Shown here: one piece after another, positions 1 to 9,089 of the stretch
Position numbering within the stretch: the stretch's first letter is position 1
How the letters are laid out: every line of letters begins with the position of its first letter
Origin: a virus
Lineage: Duplodnaviria; Caudoviricetes
Virus record (IMG/VR): IMGVR_UViG_3300021354_000013
Coordinates: 1 to 41,343 of that record
Length of the DNA: 41,343 nt
Reading direction: 5' to 3' (one strand)
Notes under the pieces: model-generated
The model's database searches: none
The model's input: the letters and a program-made list of their open reading frames with translations, nothing else
Told to the model about the DNA's origin: nothing
Translations under genes and position numbers: made by a program

Positions 1-131
1 GGGCAAAAGGCCATGCAGAAAGACGCAAAAGAAAAGCGTCGGGAAGTGAGAGCTGAAGCGCGCGTCGAGGTGCTATCACAGCCGGTCTACCGCGCGTGGA
101 CATTGTTGACGGCTAAGGTTAACCCTGAGGA
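1..131. repeat. Terminal direct repeat (left copy), most likely an assembly overlap of a circular or circularly permuted genome
   Basis: nt 6-131 are identical to 41218-41343; nt 1-5 differ at 2 positions from 41213-41217. Confidence 0.95.
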
Positions 132-3100
132 TCGTCTGCCTAAACCTACTGTCACCAAGTCAAATCCTAACATAGTAACGCCGGAGATCGATTCGCTTTT
201 TGCGGCGGTCGCAAAACTAGGCGGGCTTAACAAAGCCGATCTGATATCGCAATGGGGTTTAGATCCTGCGACAAAACAATACTCAGGTGTGTTTGGTAAA
301 CCGGTGTGGCGTAGAGAAGGAGGCTTAACGGTTGATGGGATGCTCGAGGCCTTAATACCTTACGGATATCTCACCTTAGACGAACACGGTAAGCCTGAAG
401 ACAGTCGCGAATTTGAAGAGTTATTTGATCGCGAGTTGCGAGGTGAGCCACAGTATTCGGTTGAACATGCGTATGACCGCGACCAAGAGCAACGCGCCGG
501 CAGTCACATTGCTAACCCTTATGCGTTAAACGCAGTGCGCTTTGATAAAGGAGATTTGATTGGGGCCGGCGTATCGGACGAAGACCTTAACAAGCTGCAA
601 GCGTACAAGATGGTGGCAAAAAGCGACGGCATTAACCAAGACATTATTGCGGATCTTATTTTAGACGAGAACGGCAATCCTGAATTTACGTCGGGTGATG
701 ACTTGATCCAGCAGTTAATGGCCGCAACACCACCGAATGAAGAGATCGAGGCGCTGACGGACTTGCGTATGCTTGAGAAGTACGGCGACCTATCATCACC
801 TGACGCGATTGAGAAAGCGGCGGATCTTGCGATTCATAACGAAGCGCGCGTTAAGATGGTGGCCACCGAAGCCAATGCTTTGGCAAAGGCAACAGGCGGT
901 CGCAAAATACTAGCGAGCGCAGCTAAGATGTTGGCCGCAACCACCATTGGACGTAAAAAAATACGCGATCTTTTACCGAGCGTTTTTACCAATGCAGAGG
1001 TGAAAGCGGCTAAGTCTGCCGAGAAGTACATGCGCGCGAAAGATCTTGTCAACGCCGCCGCTGAGAAACGCAACCAACTTTTTAACATGTATGCGGCTAA
1101 GGCTGCGATGGACGCTAAAGACGAGGTGGAAAAAGGCCTACGCTATCTGAAGAAATTTAACGGTGTTATTAAAGGCATTGATGTTGATTACGCCGATCAG
1201 ATTGCCGCGATACTAAGCCGGTTTGATTTGCGCAAGATTAGCAATAAAGAAGTTGATCGCCGAAAATCTTTAGCTGCGTGGCTGGTCTCTCAAGAAGATG
1301 AGGGTTTTGTTCCGGATCTACCGGAGCATGTCACCAACGAAGCCTTTATCAAATCATATAAAGAACTGACGGTTGAAGAGTTTAGAGGCGTGCTGGATTC
1401 GGTCAGGCAGATTGAACACTTAGGCCGTCTTAAAAAGAAATTGCTACTGGCTAAAGACCAACGCGAGTTTGAAGCCATCCGCGATGAGATTGTGCAAAGC
1501 ATTAACGACAACTCACAAGGCCGTATCGCCAACACCCGCACTATTAACACCGGTGTTGAACAGGCTAAGAAAAAATGGGGCGCTTTTGCCTGGGGACATG
1601 CCAAAGTGGCGACCTTGGTTAAGGTGCTGGATGGTGGAAATATCGGCGGACCGGTTTGGGAATTTTTAGTAAGGCCCGCCAATGAGCGAGGTGATTGGGA
1701 AACCACGCAGCGCGCTGAGGCAACGCTTGCGCTTGCCGAGATTATGGCACCAGTGTTTAAGCTGGGTAAGATGGGCGGTAAAGGCGTAAAGTTTCCTGGT
1801 ATTGATCGCAGCTTTAACCGTGAAGCGCGTATTGCGATTGCACTTAATGTCGGTAACAAAGGCAATTTGCAACGCTTGTTAGGTGGTGAAGGCTGGAGTC
1901 TGCCGCAGATAGCACCAATCTTACAGTCTTTGACACGGGATGAATGGCTTGCTGTGCAAGCAATATGGGATCACTTTGAGACTTACCGTCCGCTGATTGC
2001 TGCAAAAGAGCGCAGAGTCTATGGTAAAGAACCTAACTGGGTAGAACCTACCCCCTTCAACATGACGACCGCAGACGGGGAAACCGTCAACCTACGCGGC
2101 GGGTATTACCCGATTAAGTATGATCCTGCGGCCAGCCAACGAGCAGAAGAACATAGCGACGCGGAAGCGGCAAAGCGCCAACTACAAGGGGCGTACACTT
2201 CAGCGACGACACGTCGCAGCTTCACCAAAGCGCGTGCAGAAGAAGTGAAAGGTAGACCTTTGCTTCACTCGTTGACTGGTGTTTATTCGGGTGTGAATGA
2301 CGTGATTCACGATCTGGCTTGGCATGAGTGGTTGATTGATACGAATCGCTTGATCAAGAATAACGCGATTGATACTGCGATTCGTCAACACTATGGACCG
2401 GAATTTAAAAACCAATTTAAGACGTGGACAAGCGCGATTGCTGAAGGTGAAAAAGGATCTGACAATACGGTTGATATTGCGCTTTCTAAAATTCGCCAAG
2501 GCGTGAGCGTATCGGGTTTAGGGTTTAACGTCATGTCTGCGGCGATGCAACCGACTGGATTTACGCAGTCTGTGTCAGTGGTAGGCGCAAAATGGATAGG
2601 TATAGGCGTTAGCCGATATTTAGCGGATATCAAAGGATCTACGCAATCCGTCAACGAAATGTCAGAGTTTATGGCCAACCGCACGCGTACTCGATTTAGA
2701 GAATTGAACGAGTTACGCAATTCGGTTGAGGATCAATCGCCGTATAAAGAATGGTTAGGCCGATACGCATACTTTTTAATGATGCGCTGCCAACAGATGG
2801 TCGATGTCCCCACCTGGATAGGCGCGTATGAGAAAGCGCAAGCCAATGGTGAGATAGAAGAACGTGCAATCGCTTTAGCCGATCAAGCCGTGATTGACTC
2901 CCAGGGCAGCGGGATGTTGAAAGATCTCTCTGCAATTGAGCGAGGTGGCGCTGCGCAAAAACTCTTTACCGTGTTTTATTCGTACATGAATACCGCGCTT
3001 AACATTGGGATTGGTAAAACGATGTCGGCGGAGATCGGGAAACGTAAAGCAAAACTAGCGGCGGATTACCTTTTGCTTTACGTTTTACCGCCGGTATTAG

Positions 3101-3513
3101 GGTTTGCTATTAAAGAAGCGCTCACCCCAACGGGTGACGATGACGACGATTATTGGGAGAAGCTACCTAAGCGTCTAGCTGCTAACCAAATCGACTATCT
3201 GATGGGTTTGATGGTGATAGTGCGCGAGTTTTCTGAGGCGGCTAAATTGATGGCCGGCGTAGAGGATCATAAGCAAGATTACCAAGGACCGGCAGGTGTG
3301 CGAATGATTGCGGATACCGTCAAGTTTGGGGAGCAATTAGGCCAAGGTGAATTTGATACGCCATTCCGCAAGGCTTTTGTCAATTTGATGGGTGATGCTT
3401 TTGCCCTACCAAGCGCTCAGATCAACCGAACTGTCACCGGAATAGAAGCGATATCCGAGGGCAAAACGTCCAATCCTGCGGCGATAGCATTCGGGTTTAA
3501 AGAGAAGCATTGA
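13..3513 (+). CDS. C-terminal 1166 aa of the giant internal virion/DNA-ejection protein (continuation of the ORF starting at 34562)
   Basis: ATG at 13 corresponds to in-frame ATG 41225 of the open frame from 34562; mostly helical sequence; position before the tail fibre as in BPP-1/epsilon15-like podoviruses. Confidence 0.9.
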   Translation: MQKDAKEKRREVRAEARVEVLSQPVYRAWTLLTAKVNPEDRLPKPTVTKSNPNIVTPEIDSLFAAVAKLGGLNKADLISQWGLDPATKQYSGVFGKPVWRREGGLTVDGMLEALIPYGYLTLDEHGKPEDSREFEELFDRELRGEPQYSVEHAYDRDQEQRAGSHIANPYALNAVRFDKGDLIGAGVSDEDLNKLQAYKMVAKSDGINQDIIADLILDENGNPEFTSGDDLIQQLMAATPPNEEIEALTDLRMLEKYGDLSSPDAIEKAADLAIHNEARVKMVATEANALAKATGGRKILASAAKMLAATTIGRKKIRDLLPSVFTNAEVKAAKSAEKYMRAKDLVNAAAEKRNQLFNMYAAKAAMDAKDEVEKGLRYLKKFNGVIKGIDVDYADQIAAILSRFDLRKISNKEVDRRKSLAAWLVSQEDEGFVPDLPEHVTNEAFIKSYKELTVEEFRGVLDSVRQIEHLGRLKKKLLLAKDQREFEAIRDEIVQSINDNSQGRIANTRTINTGVEQAKKKWGAFAWGHAKVATLVKVLDGGNIGGPVWEFLVRPANERGDWETTQRAEATLALAEIMAPVFKLGKMGGKGVKFPGIDRSFNREARIAIALNVGNKGNLQRLLGGEGWSLPQIAPILQSLTRDEWLAVQAIWDHFETYRPLIAAKERRVYGKEPNWVEPTPFNMTTADGETVNLRGGYYPIKYDPAASQRAEEHSDAEAAKRQLQGAYTSATTRRSFTKARAEEVKGRPLLHSLTGVYSGVNDVIHDLAWHEWLIDTNRLIKNNAIDTAIRQHYGPEFKNQFKTWTSAIAEGEKGSDNTVDIALSKIRQGVSVSGLGFNVMSAAMQPTGFTQSVSVVGAKWIGIGVSRYLADIKGSTQSVNEMSEFMANRTRTRFRELNELRNSVEDQSPYKEWLGRYAYFLMMRCQQMVDVPTWIGAYEKAQANGEIEERAIALADQAVIDSQGSGMLKDLSAIERGGAAQKLFTVFYSYMNTALNIGIGKTMSAEIGKRKAKLAADYLLLYVLPPVLGFAIKEALTPTGDDDDDYWEKLPKRLAANQIDYLMGLMVIVREFSEAAKLMAGVEDHKQDYQGPAGVRMIADTVKFGEQLGQGEFDTPFRKAFVNLMGDAFALPSAQINRTVTGIEAISEGKTSNPAAIAFGFKEKH

Positions 3514-3544
3514 TGCACTTGCCGGCACCTCTGACAGTTAGCCT
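3511..3544 (+). promoter_or_regulatory. Putative phage late promoter 1 (TGATGCACTT-N18-TAGCCT)
   Basis: Exact 10-mer found 4 times at gene junctions, with a fixed 18-nt spacer to TAnnnT. Confidence 0.75.
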
Positions 3545-3569
3545 AGGTTAACTTTTCAGAGGTGTCTTT

Positions 3570-5477
3570 ATGTCTATAGCCAGCACTACCCGTAAAGCCG
3601 GCCCGTATACAGGCAACGGCCTTACCACTATTTTTACTTTTCCGTTTAAAGTTTTTCAAGCAAGCGATTTGCTGGTTGTTCGCACAGACTTAATCGGCCT
3701 GGAAACCACATTAGCCCTTACTACGGATTACACGGTATCGCTCAACGTAAATCAAGACGCTAACCCTGGTGGTGTAGTGGTGATGAATGTTGCGCCCGCT
3801 ACTAGCTATCTGATCACGCTATCAAGTGCGGTCGCAGAATTGCAACCGGTCGTGCTGACCAACAACGGCGGATTCTATCCGTCCGTCATTAATGACGCGC
3901 TGGACCGCTTGACTATCTTGACGCAGCAGATCTCAGAACAGGTCAGTCGTGCGGTTAAGGTGAGTATCTCAAGCAGCACCAATCCCGACGATTTAATTGC
4001 ATCGGTGATATCCAACACCGCAAGCGCAGCTGCAAGTGCTGCAAGCGCCTTGGCATCCTGGCAATCGTTTGAAGGAATCTATTACGGGGTTTATGTGTCT
4101 GCACCTTCGACCGATCCTTTGGGTAATCCGATTGGTGTGGGTGATCTTTACTACAATTCATCTACGCAATCGCTTCAAATTTATACCTCGACCGGGTGGC
4201 AAGCATCGGCGCAATCTACACCGGTGAGCTACACCAACCAGACTTTCAACGGTACCGGATCACAGACTAATTTTACACTCTCTTCAACTCCGGCATCGAT
4301 CGACGCGATTGAAGTTTTTATATCAGGCATCCGTCAATATCCTACAACGAATTTCACGATTGCCGGCACCACGCTGACATTTGTAACCGCACCAGCATCC
4401 GGCACCAACAACATTCTGGTGCGATGGACATACGCTTTAGCGGTGGGAACACCTAACGACAACTCAGTGACTACAGCAAAGATCCAAAACCTTGCAGTCT
4501 CTACAGCAAAACTTGCGGATAATGCCGTCACTCCAGCTAAGTTAGCCAACTCAGGGAATGAGCTTGGCTCGCGCAATCGTTTGATCAATGGGTGTTTTAG
4601 AGTAGATCAAAGAAATAGCGGCACAGCAGTATCGCTTGCCGTTAGTGGGATCAATTACTATCTTGATCGGTGGTATGTGTATTCAGTTGGTGCTACCGGG
4701 ACAATACAACAAGACGATAATATTTCTCTTAGCGGCAAGCGTTTACGGATTAACGGCGCTACCGGAATGACTAGCGTCGCGGTGGGACAACGTATCGAGA
4801 GCATTAACTGCAAAGATCTTGCTGGTAGTACCGTGACGCTTTTCGCAATACTTTCTAATTCTTCGAATGGATCGGTATCGTGGAACGCCTACTATGCAAA
4901 TACCACTGACTCTTTTGGCACGGTTTCTTCACCCACCAGAACGCTGATTGCCGCTGGAACATTTAACCCGACGACTACCCCAACTGCGTTTAGTGCTACT
5001 TTTGCAGTGCCTTCGGCAGCGGTGACGGGTATTGAAATTATTTTTAGGGGTGGTGCGCAATCCTCTGGGTCGACGTGGTACATCGAACAAGTGCAACTTG
5101 AAAAAGGCTCAACCGCAACGCCGTTCGAATATCGACCCTACGGTGCAGAATTGGCGTTGTGTCAAAGATATTTACCGGTTTGTCGCGGAAACTATACAAA
5201 CCTAGTCGGTCAAAAGACCGCCGCGACTGCCGCGAAAGTGACTTTTACCTTTAAGACAACCGCAAGAATTGCGCCTACGGGAATAGTGTCCTCTGACTCT
5301 TTTTACGTATTGGATGCTTCAGGGGGTGTGGGTTATCCGGTGACCACCGCTGCGTTGTCAGGATCATCTATAGACGGAGCATTCATAAATCTAACAGGTA
5401 TTACGGGACTAGGCGCAACCGCGGGGCAAGCGGCAATAGCCTATGGCAGTTTTTATTTAACTGGGTGCGAACTCTAA
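3570..5477 (+). CDS. Tail fibre / receptor-binding protein
   Basis: T7 gp17-like N-terminal anchor (GPYTGNG..F.FPFKVF...DL.V; DALDRLTIL.QQ); Ser/Thr/Gly-rich; RNRLING...QLEKGSTATPFEYRP beta-sandwich-type C-terminal region. Confidence 0.85.
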   Translation: MSIASTTRKAGPYTGNGLTTIFTFPFKVFQASDLLVVRTDLIGLETTLALTTDYTVSLNVNQDANPGGVVVMNVAPATSYLITLSSAVAELQPVVLTNNGGFYPSVINDALDRLTILTQQISEQVSRAVKVSISSSTNPDDLIASVISNTASAAASAASALASWQSFEGIYYGVYVSAPSTDPLGNPIGVGDLYYNSSTQSLQIYTSTGWQASAQSTPVSYTNQTFNGTGSQTNFTLSSTPASIDAIEVFISGIRQYPTTNFTIAGTTLTFVTAPASGTNNILVRWTYALAVGTPNDNSVTTAKIQNLAVSTAKLADNAVTPAKLANSGNELGSRNRLINGCFRVDQRNSGTAVSLAVSGINYYLDRWYVYSVGATGTIQQDDNISLSGKRLRINGATGMTSVAVGQRIESINCKDLAGSTVTLFAILSNSSNGSVSWNAYYANTTDSFGTVSSPTRTLIAAGTFNPTTTPTAFSATFAVPSAAVTGIEIIFRGGAQSSGSTWYIEQVQLEKGSTATPFEYRPYGAELALCQRYLPVCRGNYTNLVGQKTAATAAKVTFTFKTTARIAPTGIVSSDSFYVLDASGGVGYPVTTAALSGSSIDGAFINLTGITGLGATAGQAAIAYGSFYLTGCEL

Positions 5478-5525
5478 GCATAGGACAGTGGCTTTGTTAG
5501 CGTGTATCAAATAATAGGGGGATAA

Positions 5526-5753
5526 GTGACAGCAAATGAGATTAAGCAAGCGGTACTCGAAGCAATCAACGACCATCCTGCCTTTGACCCTGAAATCCAT
5601 TCAGCTCATCATGCATGGATTGAAGAGCGTATTGAGTCTGAAAGAGCGCGTAAAGAGGTTATGCAAGAAGCGGCTAAGGCTTTCGCACAGTGGTCTGTGG
5701 TAGGGATAGCTGGCGCAGTTTGGTATTACTTTAAAGGACACTGGACATGGTAG
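5526..5753 (+). CDS. Small membrane protein with C-terminal TM helix (possible holin/antiholin)
   Basis: GGGG RBS before GTG; hydrophobic WSVVGIAGAVWYYF; directly upstream of the endolysin. Confidence 0.6.
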   Translation: MTANEIKQAVLEAINDHPAFDPEIHSAHHAWIEERIESERARKEVMQEAAKAFAQWSVVGIAGAVWYYFKGHWTW

Positions 5754-6208
5754 ACGAGCCTTTATTATCACAGATTAAATTTGAAGAAGGACTACGCTTA
5801 GAAGCGTATCACTGCACGGCCGGCAAGAAAACGATTGGGTATGGGCATAACTTAGATGCTAAGCCCTTGCTTGAGGGCAACCGAATCCCCGACGTAATTA
5901 CCGAAGAGATAGCCGAGGTGCTATTGCATAATGATGTTGAACGCACGATGGATATGCTGGACGCCATTTGGCCCGGCTATATCGCGCTGCAAGGTGCAAG
6001 GCGAGACGCGTGCATCAACATGGCGTTTCAATTAGGTGTTGCTCGCTTCATGCAGTTTAGCAAAATGCGCGAAGCCATTGAAAAGCTAGACTGGCGCAAA
6101 GCGCACTTTGAAGCGTTGAACAGTTATTGGGCAAGGCAAACACCAGAGCGCGCTGCGCGTGTCGCTTCGCAATTTATCACGGGTGAATATTACGAGAAGA
6201 GGGTATGA
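5747..6208 (+). CDS. Endolysin, T4-lysozyme-like (GH24) muramidase
   Basis: EEGLRLEAYHCTAGKKTIGYGHNL catalytic motif; NMAFQLG; S.WARQTPERA. Confidence 0.92.
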   Translation: MVDEPLLSQIKFEEGLRLEAYHCTAGKKTIGYGHNLDAKPLLEGNRIPDVITEEIAEVLLHNDVERTMDMLDAIWPGYIALQGARRDACINMAFQLGVARFMQFSKMREAIEKLDWRKAHFEALNSYWARQTPERAARVASQFITGEYYEKRV

Positions 6209-6261
6209 AAGAATTTATATTAGCTAGACTACGCGAACCATCCACTTGGACTGAGGAATAA
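6205..6261 (+). pseudogene. Truncated duplicate of the holin N-terminus (MKEFILARLREPSTWTEE*)
   Basis: First 15 codons encode the same peptide as 6265-6309; ATGA overlap with the endolysin stop. Confidence 0.6.
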
Positions 6262-6264
6262 ATA

Positions 6265-6441
6265 ATGAAAGAATTTATATTAGCTCGATTACGTGAACCT
6301 TCTACGTGGCGCAGCGCTGTTTGGGTAGCAACATCTTTTGGAGTCGTGTTTCATGGCGAACAAGCTGAAGCAATTATTGCGTTTGGGATGGCTCTTAGCG
6401 GCGCTGTGGGTGTTGTTACACCTGATAAGTTGTCAAAGTAG
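6265..6441 (+). CDS. Putative holin, 58 aa (not in ORF track)
   Basis: GAGGA RBS; MKEFILARLREPSTWRSAVWVATSFGVVFHGEQAEAIIAFGMALSGAVGVVTPDKLSK has two hydrophobic segments and the REPSTW motif seen in small phage holins. Confidence 0.75.
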   Translation: MKEFILARLREPSTWRSAVWVATSFGVVFHGEQAEAIIAFGMALSGAVGVVTPDKLSK

Positions 6442-6538
6442 TATTTGCAGACCATCAATATCGCCAACATTAAAATACACACCCGAATCTACACAAATAG
6501 ACGGGGCCATTATTTCAGCATCATGCAACGTAGGATAG
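6353..6538 (+). CDS. Putative lipoprotein (o-spanin/Rz1-like), overlapping the holin in another frame
   Basis: GGAG at 6340, ATG 6353; basic N-terminus, hydrophobic stretch and lipobox-like LISC. Confidence 0.55.
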   Translation: MANKLKQLLRLGWLLAALWVLLHLISCQSSICRPSISPTLKYTPESTQIDGAIISASCNVG

Positions 6539-6542
6539 TATT

Positions 6543-6863
6543 ATGTCAGTAGGTAATCAAGTTATAGCAGTAGCTTTAAAAACTTTTATACGAATTTGGG
6601 GGAAAGGTGCCTTGTTTACTCGCGTAGTAGATGAAGTTAAACGAGCTAATGAGGCAATGCCGAATGTTACCGGTGATGATAAATTTAAAATAGTCTTTGC
6701 TGATTTAAAGATTATTTTTAATGACTTAAAACCCGTAGCCACAAGTGTTTTAAAAACGCTCATTGAACTTGGTGTGCAGTATGTCAAACTGCAAAACCCT
6801 TTAGCCGGTGAAGTAGTTGGTGTTGTTGCTAATGCAGTTGAGGTAAAAATAAATGAACTTTGA
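6543..6863 (+). CDS. Hypothetical protein (lysis region)
   Basis: AGGA RBS, 106 aa, amphipathic helical. Confidence 0.65.
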   Translation: MSVGNQVIAVALKTFIRIWGKGALFTRVVDEVKRANEAMPNVTGDDKFKIVFADLKIIFNDLKPVATSVLKTLIELGVQYVKLQNPLAGEVVGVVANAVEVKINEL

Positions 6864-6876
6864 CAAAGCAAACCTA

Positions 6877-7023
6877 CTAAGTTGTTAGGGTAAACCATGC
6901 TAACTTGTCTATGTTCTTATCCACTTTGATATAGCTTACTTTAAAACTATCTGTGTAATAACTATATGAGTAGCTACCGACAACACATTCATTATTATTA
7001 TTTACCCACACGCTATATTTCAT
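6877..7023 (-). CDS. Hypothetical 48-aa protein (not in ORF track)
   Basis: MKYSVWVNNNNECVVGSYSYSYYTDSFKVSYIKVDKNIDKLAWFTLTT; last gene of the leftward operon; AT-rich. Confidence 0.45.
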   Translation of the reverse strand: MKYSVWVNNNNECVVGSYSYSYYTDSFKVSYIKVDKNIDKLAWFTLTT

Positions 7024-7031
7024 AGTTCAAC

Positions 7032-7380
7032 TCATATCCCATGTGCTTTTTCTATTGCTCTAGCAAAACCAAAGGGTTTAAACGTATTAGCTTCAAGATA
7101 CAAGTTTTGTTTCCCTAATAACATTATCACTTCATCACTCAACGGCTCTCGTTTTGGTGGTGCTGAGTATAGTTTTGTACCTTTTGGCAGATTAGCGATA
7201 TCGTTTTCATACCAGCCAACAGCCGTTTCTCCTCCAATACCCCCATTTATCCAAGCCACAGGCTCTGGCTCAGGTTGAGCGAGGAGTTCTTTTGCATACT
7301 CAACCTCCGCCCATGCAAAATTATTGCCCGTGCTTTTTTGATGTATTTCTACAATTATTAACAAATCTTCTAATACTCAT
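7032..7380 (-). pseudogene. Hypothetical phage protein (LAQPEPEPVAW...REPLSDE...FARAIEKAHGI type), apparently frameshifted near its start
   Basis: RBS plus ATG at 7380 is out of frame with the long 7032-7364 frame and stops after 19 codons. Confidence 0.5.
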
Positions 7381-7383
7381 TAC

Positions 7384-7560
7384 CTACCCCCATTTTAACA
7401 ACAGCTCGTTAAGCCCCGACCATATACCAAACAAACTAACTAAATATAAAGCTACAAGATTGTAAATAGGTTCTTTTTTATCTGTAAGTATATGCATGAC
7501 AAATGTAAATACCATAAGATATATCCCTGCAACAAAAAGAATAATATTAATTGCTGTCAT
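7384..7560 (-). CDS. Small two-TM membrane protein, 58 aa (not in ORF track)
   Basis: MTAINIILFVAGIYLMVFTFVMHILTDKKEPIYNLVALYLVSLFGIWSGLNELLLKWG; ATGA overlap with the helicase stop. Confidence 0.65.
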   Translation of the reverse strand: MTAINIILFVAGIYLMVFTFVMHILTDKKEPIYNLVALYLVSLFGIWSGLNELLLKWG

Positions 7561-8951
7561 TCCCCTTTCCTTTGTTTCATTGCTTCTAATAAAAGGTCCT
7601 GCACTTCGCGCTTTGAATCGCGGCGTAGCATGACCATCTCATCCATCGTGCCTTTAGTGACGATGTGATGTATAAATACTGGGCGGTTGTATCCTGATTG
7701 CGCCTGGCGCGCAGGACCAATCCGCTCAATAATTTGTTGGTACTCTTCTAAATTCCACCAGTGTCCGAAAAATGCGAGGATGTTTCCGCCGTCTTGTAGA
7801 TTGAGGCCATGTCCCGCGCTGGCCGGATGCGCAAAGAGTAGCGGGGTTTTTCCGGCGTTCCAGTCTCTAATAGTATTAGGATCACTGTCCAGCGCCCGAC
7901 CTTTAGGGAAAGCCTTTTGTAACCTTGCAAGGTCGTGCTTGAAATGGTAAGCAACCAGGATAGGCATCCCCGCAGCTTCTTCGATAATTGACTCCAGTGC
8001 TTTGATTTTTTCATTGTGAATCTCCGTAAAAGTTGTTCGGGTGTCATCGGTGTAGATGGCACCGTTTGCGATCTGCAAGCATTTGATGGTTTTGCTCGCA
8101 GCGTTTAATGCTTCGATTTGCGCGCCGCACTCAAGCTCGATGAACATTTCTTTTTCCATCTCTTTGTATTGCGCGCGGGCTTTGGCCGGCATATCGACAC
8201 GGATCACATTAACGATAGGCTCATCAATTTCAAAGTGATCTTTAGCATCGAGCGAAATACAAAGATCGCGCACTGCATCTTCAATCTGCGACTGTGCAAA
8301 CGCCAAAGGCTTTGTCTGCACGGCGTGTCGATCTTCACCTACCTGGATCTTTTGAAACCATCTCGCTTCAAACGCGCTAAAACTGCGACCTAAACGGCTG
8401 CCGCGATCCAAGAACCAGAACTGCCCCCACAGATCTTGCAAGCCGTTGGGTGAAGGTGTGCCGGTCAATTGAATGAAGCGTGTCGCTTTGCTGTGTGCAA
8501 CTCGCGCTAACTCTCTTGCGCGCATACCGCCTTGGCGTAGCCTGAAGCCTTTGAGTTTTGTGCTTTCATCGGCGACGATCTTGGCGAACGGCCAGGTTTC
8601 CCCGCATTGCTCCACCAGCCAGGGCAAGTTTTCGTAATTAATAGTGTAAACATCCGCTTTAGTCGCCAGCGCTTTGCGACGAGACGATGCGTCCCCCACA
8701 ATGGGTGAGATTGTCAGGTCGCTTAAGTGCTGCCATTTAGCAACCTCATCAGGCCAAGTCGAACTGGCTACGCGTAAAGGCGCTAACACTAACGTAGGAC
8801 CAGGCTCAACTAAATTGATGATGTCGATTGCGGTCAGTGTTGATACCGTCTTACCCAATCCCATGCCCGCCCACACCGCACATCGTGGGGTATCCACAAT
8901 ATGCGCAATAATGGAGTGTTGATAAGGCCTTGGTGTAAATTGTTTACGCAC
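7557..8951 (-). CDS. SNF2/SF2 family helicase
   Basis: GMGLGKT Walker A, DEST, LTGTP, HPASAGHGLNLQ, Q.IERIGPARQ. Confidence 0.93.
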   Translation of the reverse strand: MRKQFTPRPYQHSIIAHIVDTPRCAVWAGMGLGKTVSTLTAIDIINLVEPGPTLVLAPLRVASSTWPDEVAKWQHLSDLTISPIVGDASSRRKALATKADVYTINYENLPWLVEQCGETWPFAKIVADESTKLKGFRLRQGGMRARELARVAHSKATRFIQLTGTPSPNGLQDLWGQFWFLDRGSRLGRSFSAFEARWFQKIQVGEDRHAVQTKPLAFAQSQIEDAVRDLCISLDAKDHFEIDEPIVNVIRVDMPAKARAQYKEMEKEMFIELECGAQIEALNAASKTIKCLQIANGAIYTDDTRTTFTEIHNEKIKALESIIEEAAGMPILVAYHFKHDLARLQKAFPKGRALDSDPNTIRDWNAGKTPLLFAHPASAGHGLNLQDGGNILAFFGHWWNLEEYQQIIERIGPARQAQSGYNRPVFIHHIVTKGTMDEMVMLRRDSKREVQDLLLEAMKQRKGE

Positions 8952-9087
8952 GTTTCACCAACTCGATTGCGCGCTTAACAATTCCGTCAAGCAACATTAA
9001 GAGGGTGATTACAGTTAAAATCACCGGCATGAATAAAAAAACAAACGGTGCTAACATCATTGCGATTGATCTATAGATACTATTCAT
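8944..9087 (-). CDS. Small single-TM membrane protein, 47 aa (not in ORF track)
   Basis: MNSIYRSIAMMLAPFVFLFMPVILTVITLLMLLDGIVKRAIELVKRA fills the gap between VRR-NUC and helicase. Confidence 0.6.
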   Translation of the reverse strand: MNSIYRSIAMMLAPFVFLFMPVILTVITLLMLLDGIVKRAIELVKRA

Positions 9088-9089
9088 AA

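Noticed and set aside
1-131. Biological direct terminal repeat (T7-like genome ends)
   Set aside because: The repeat lies mid-gene and its ~126-nt exact length is typical of an assembler k-mer overlap; it shows circularity only.
13-3513. Independent 1166-aa gene starting at ATG 13
   Set aside because: It is the in-frame continuation of the ORF from 34562 across the junction.
3570-6900. Diversity-generating retroelement as in BPP-1
   Set aside because: No reverse transcriptase ORF, and no template/variable repeat pair with A-specific mismatches seen near the tail-fibre 3' end or elsewhere.
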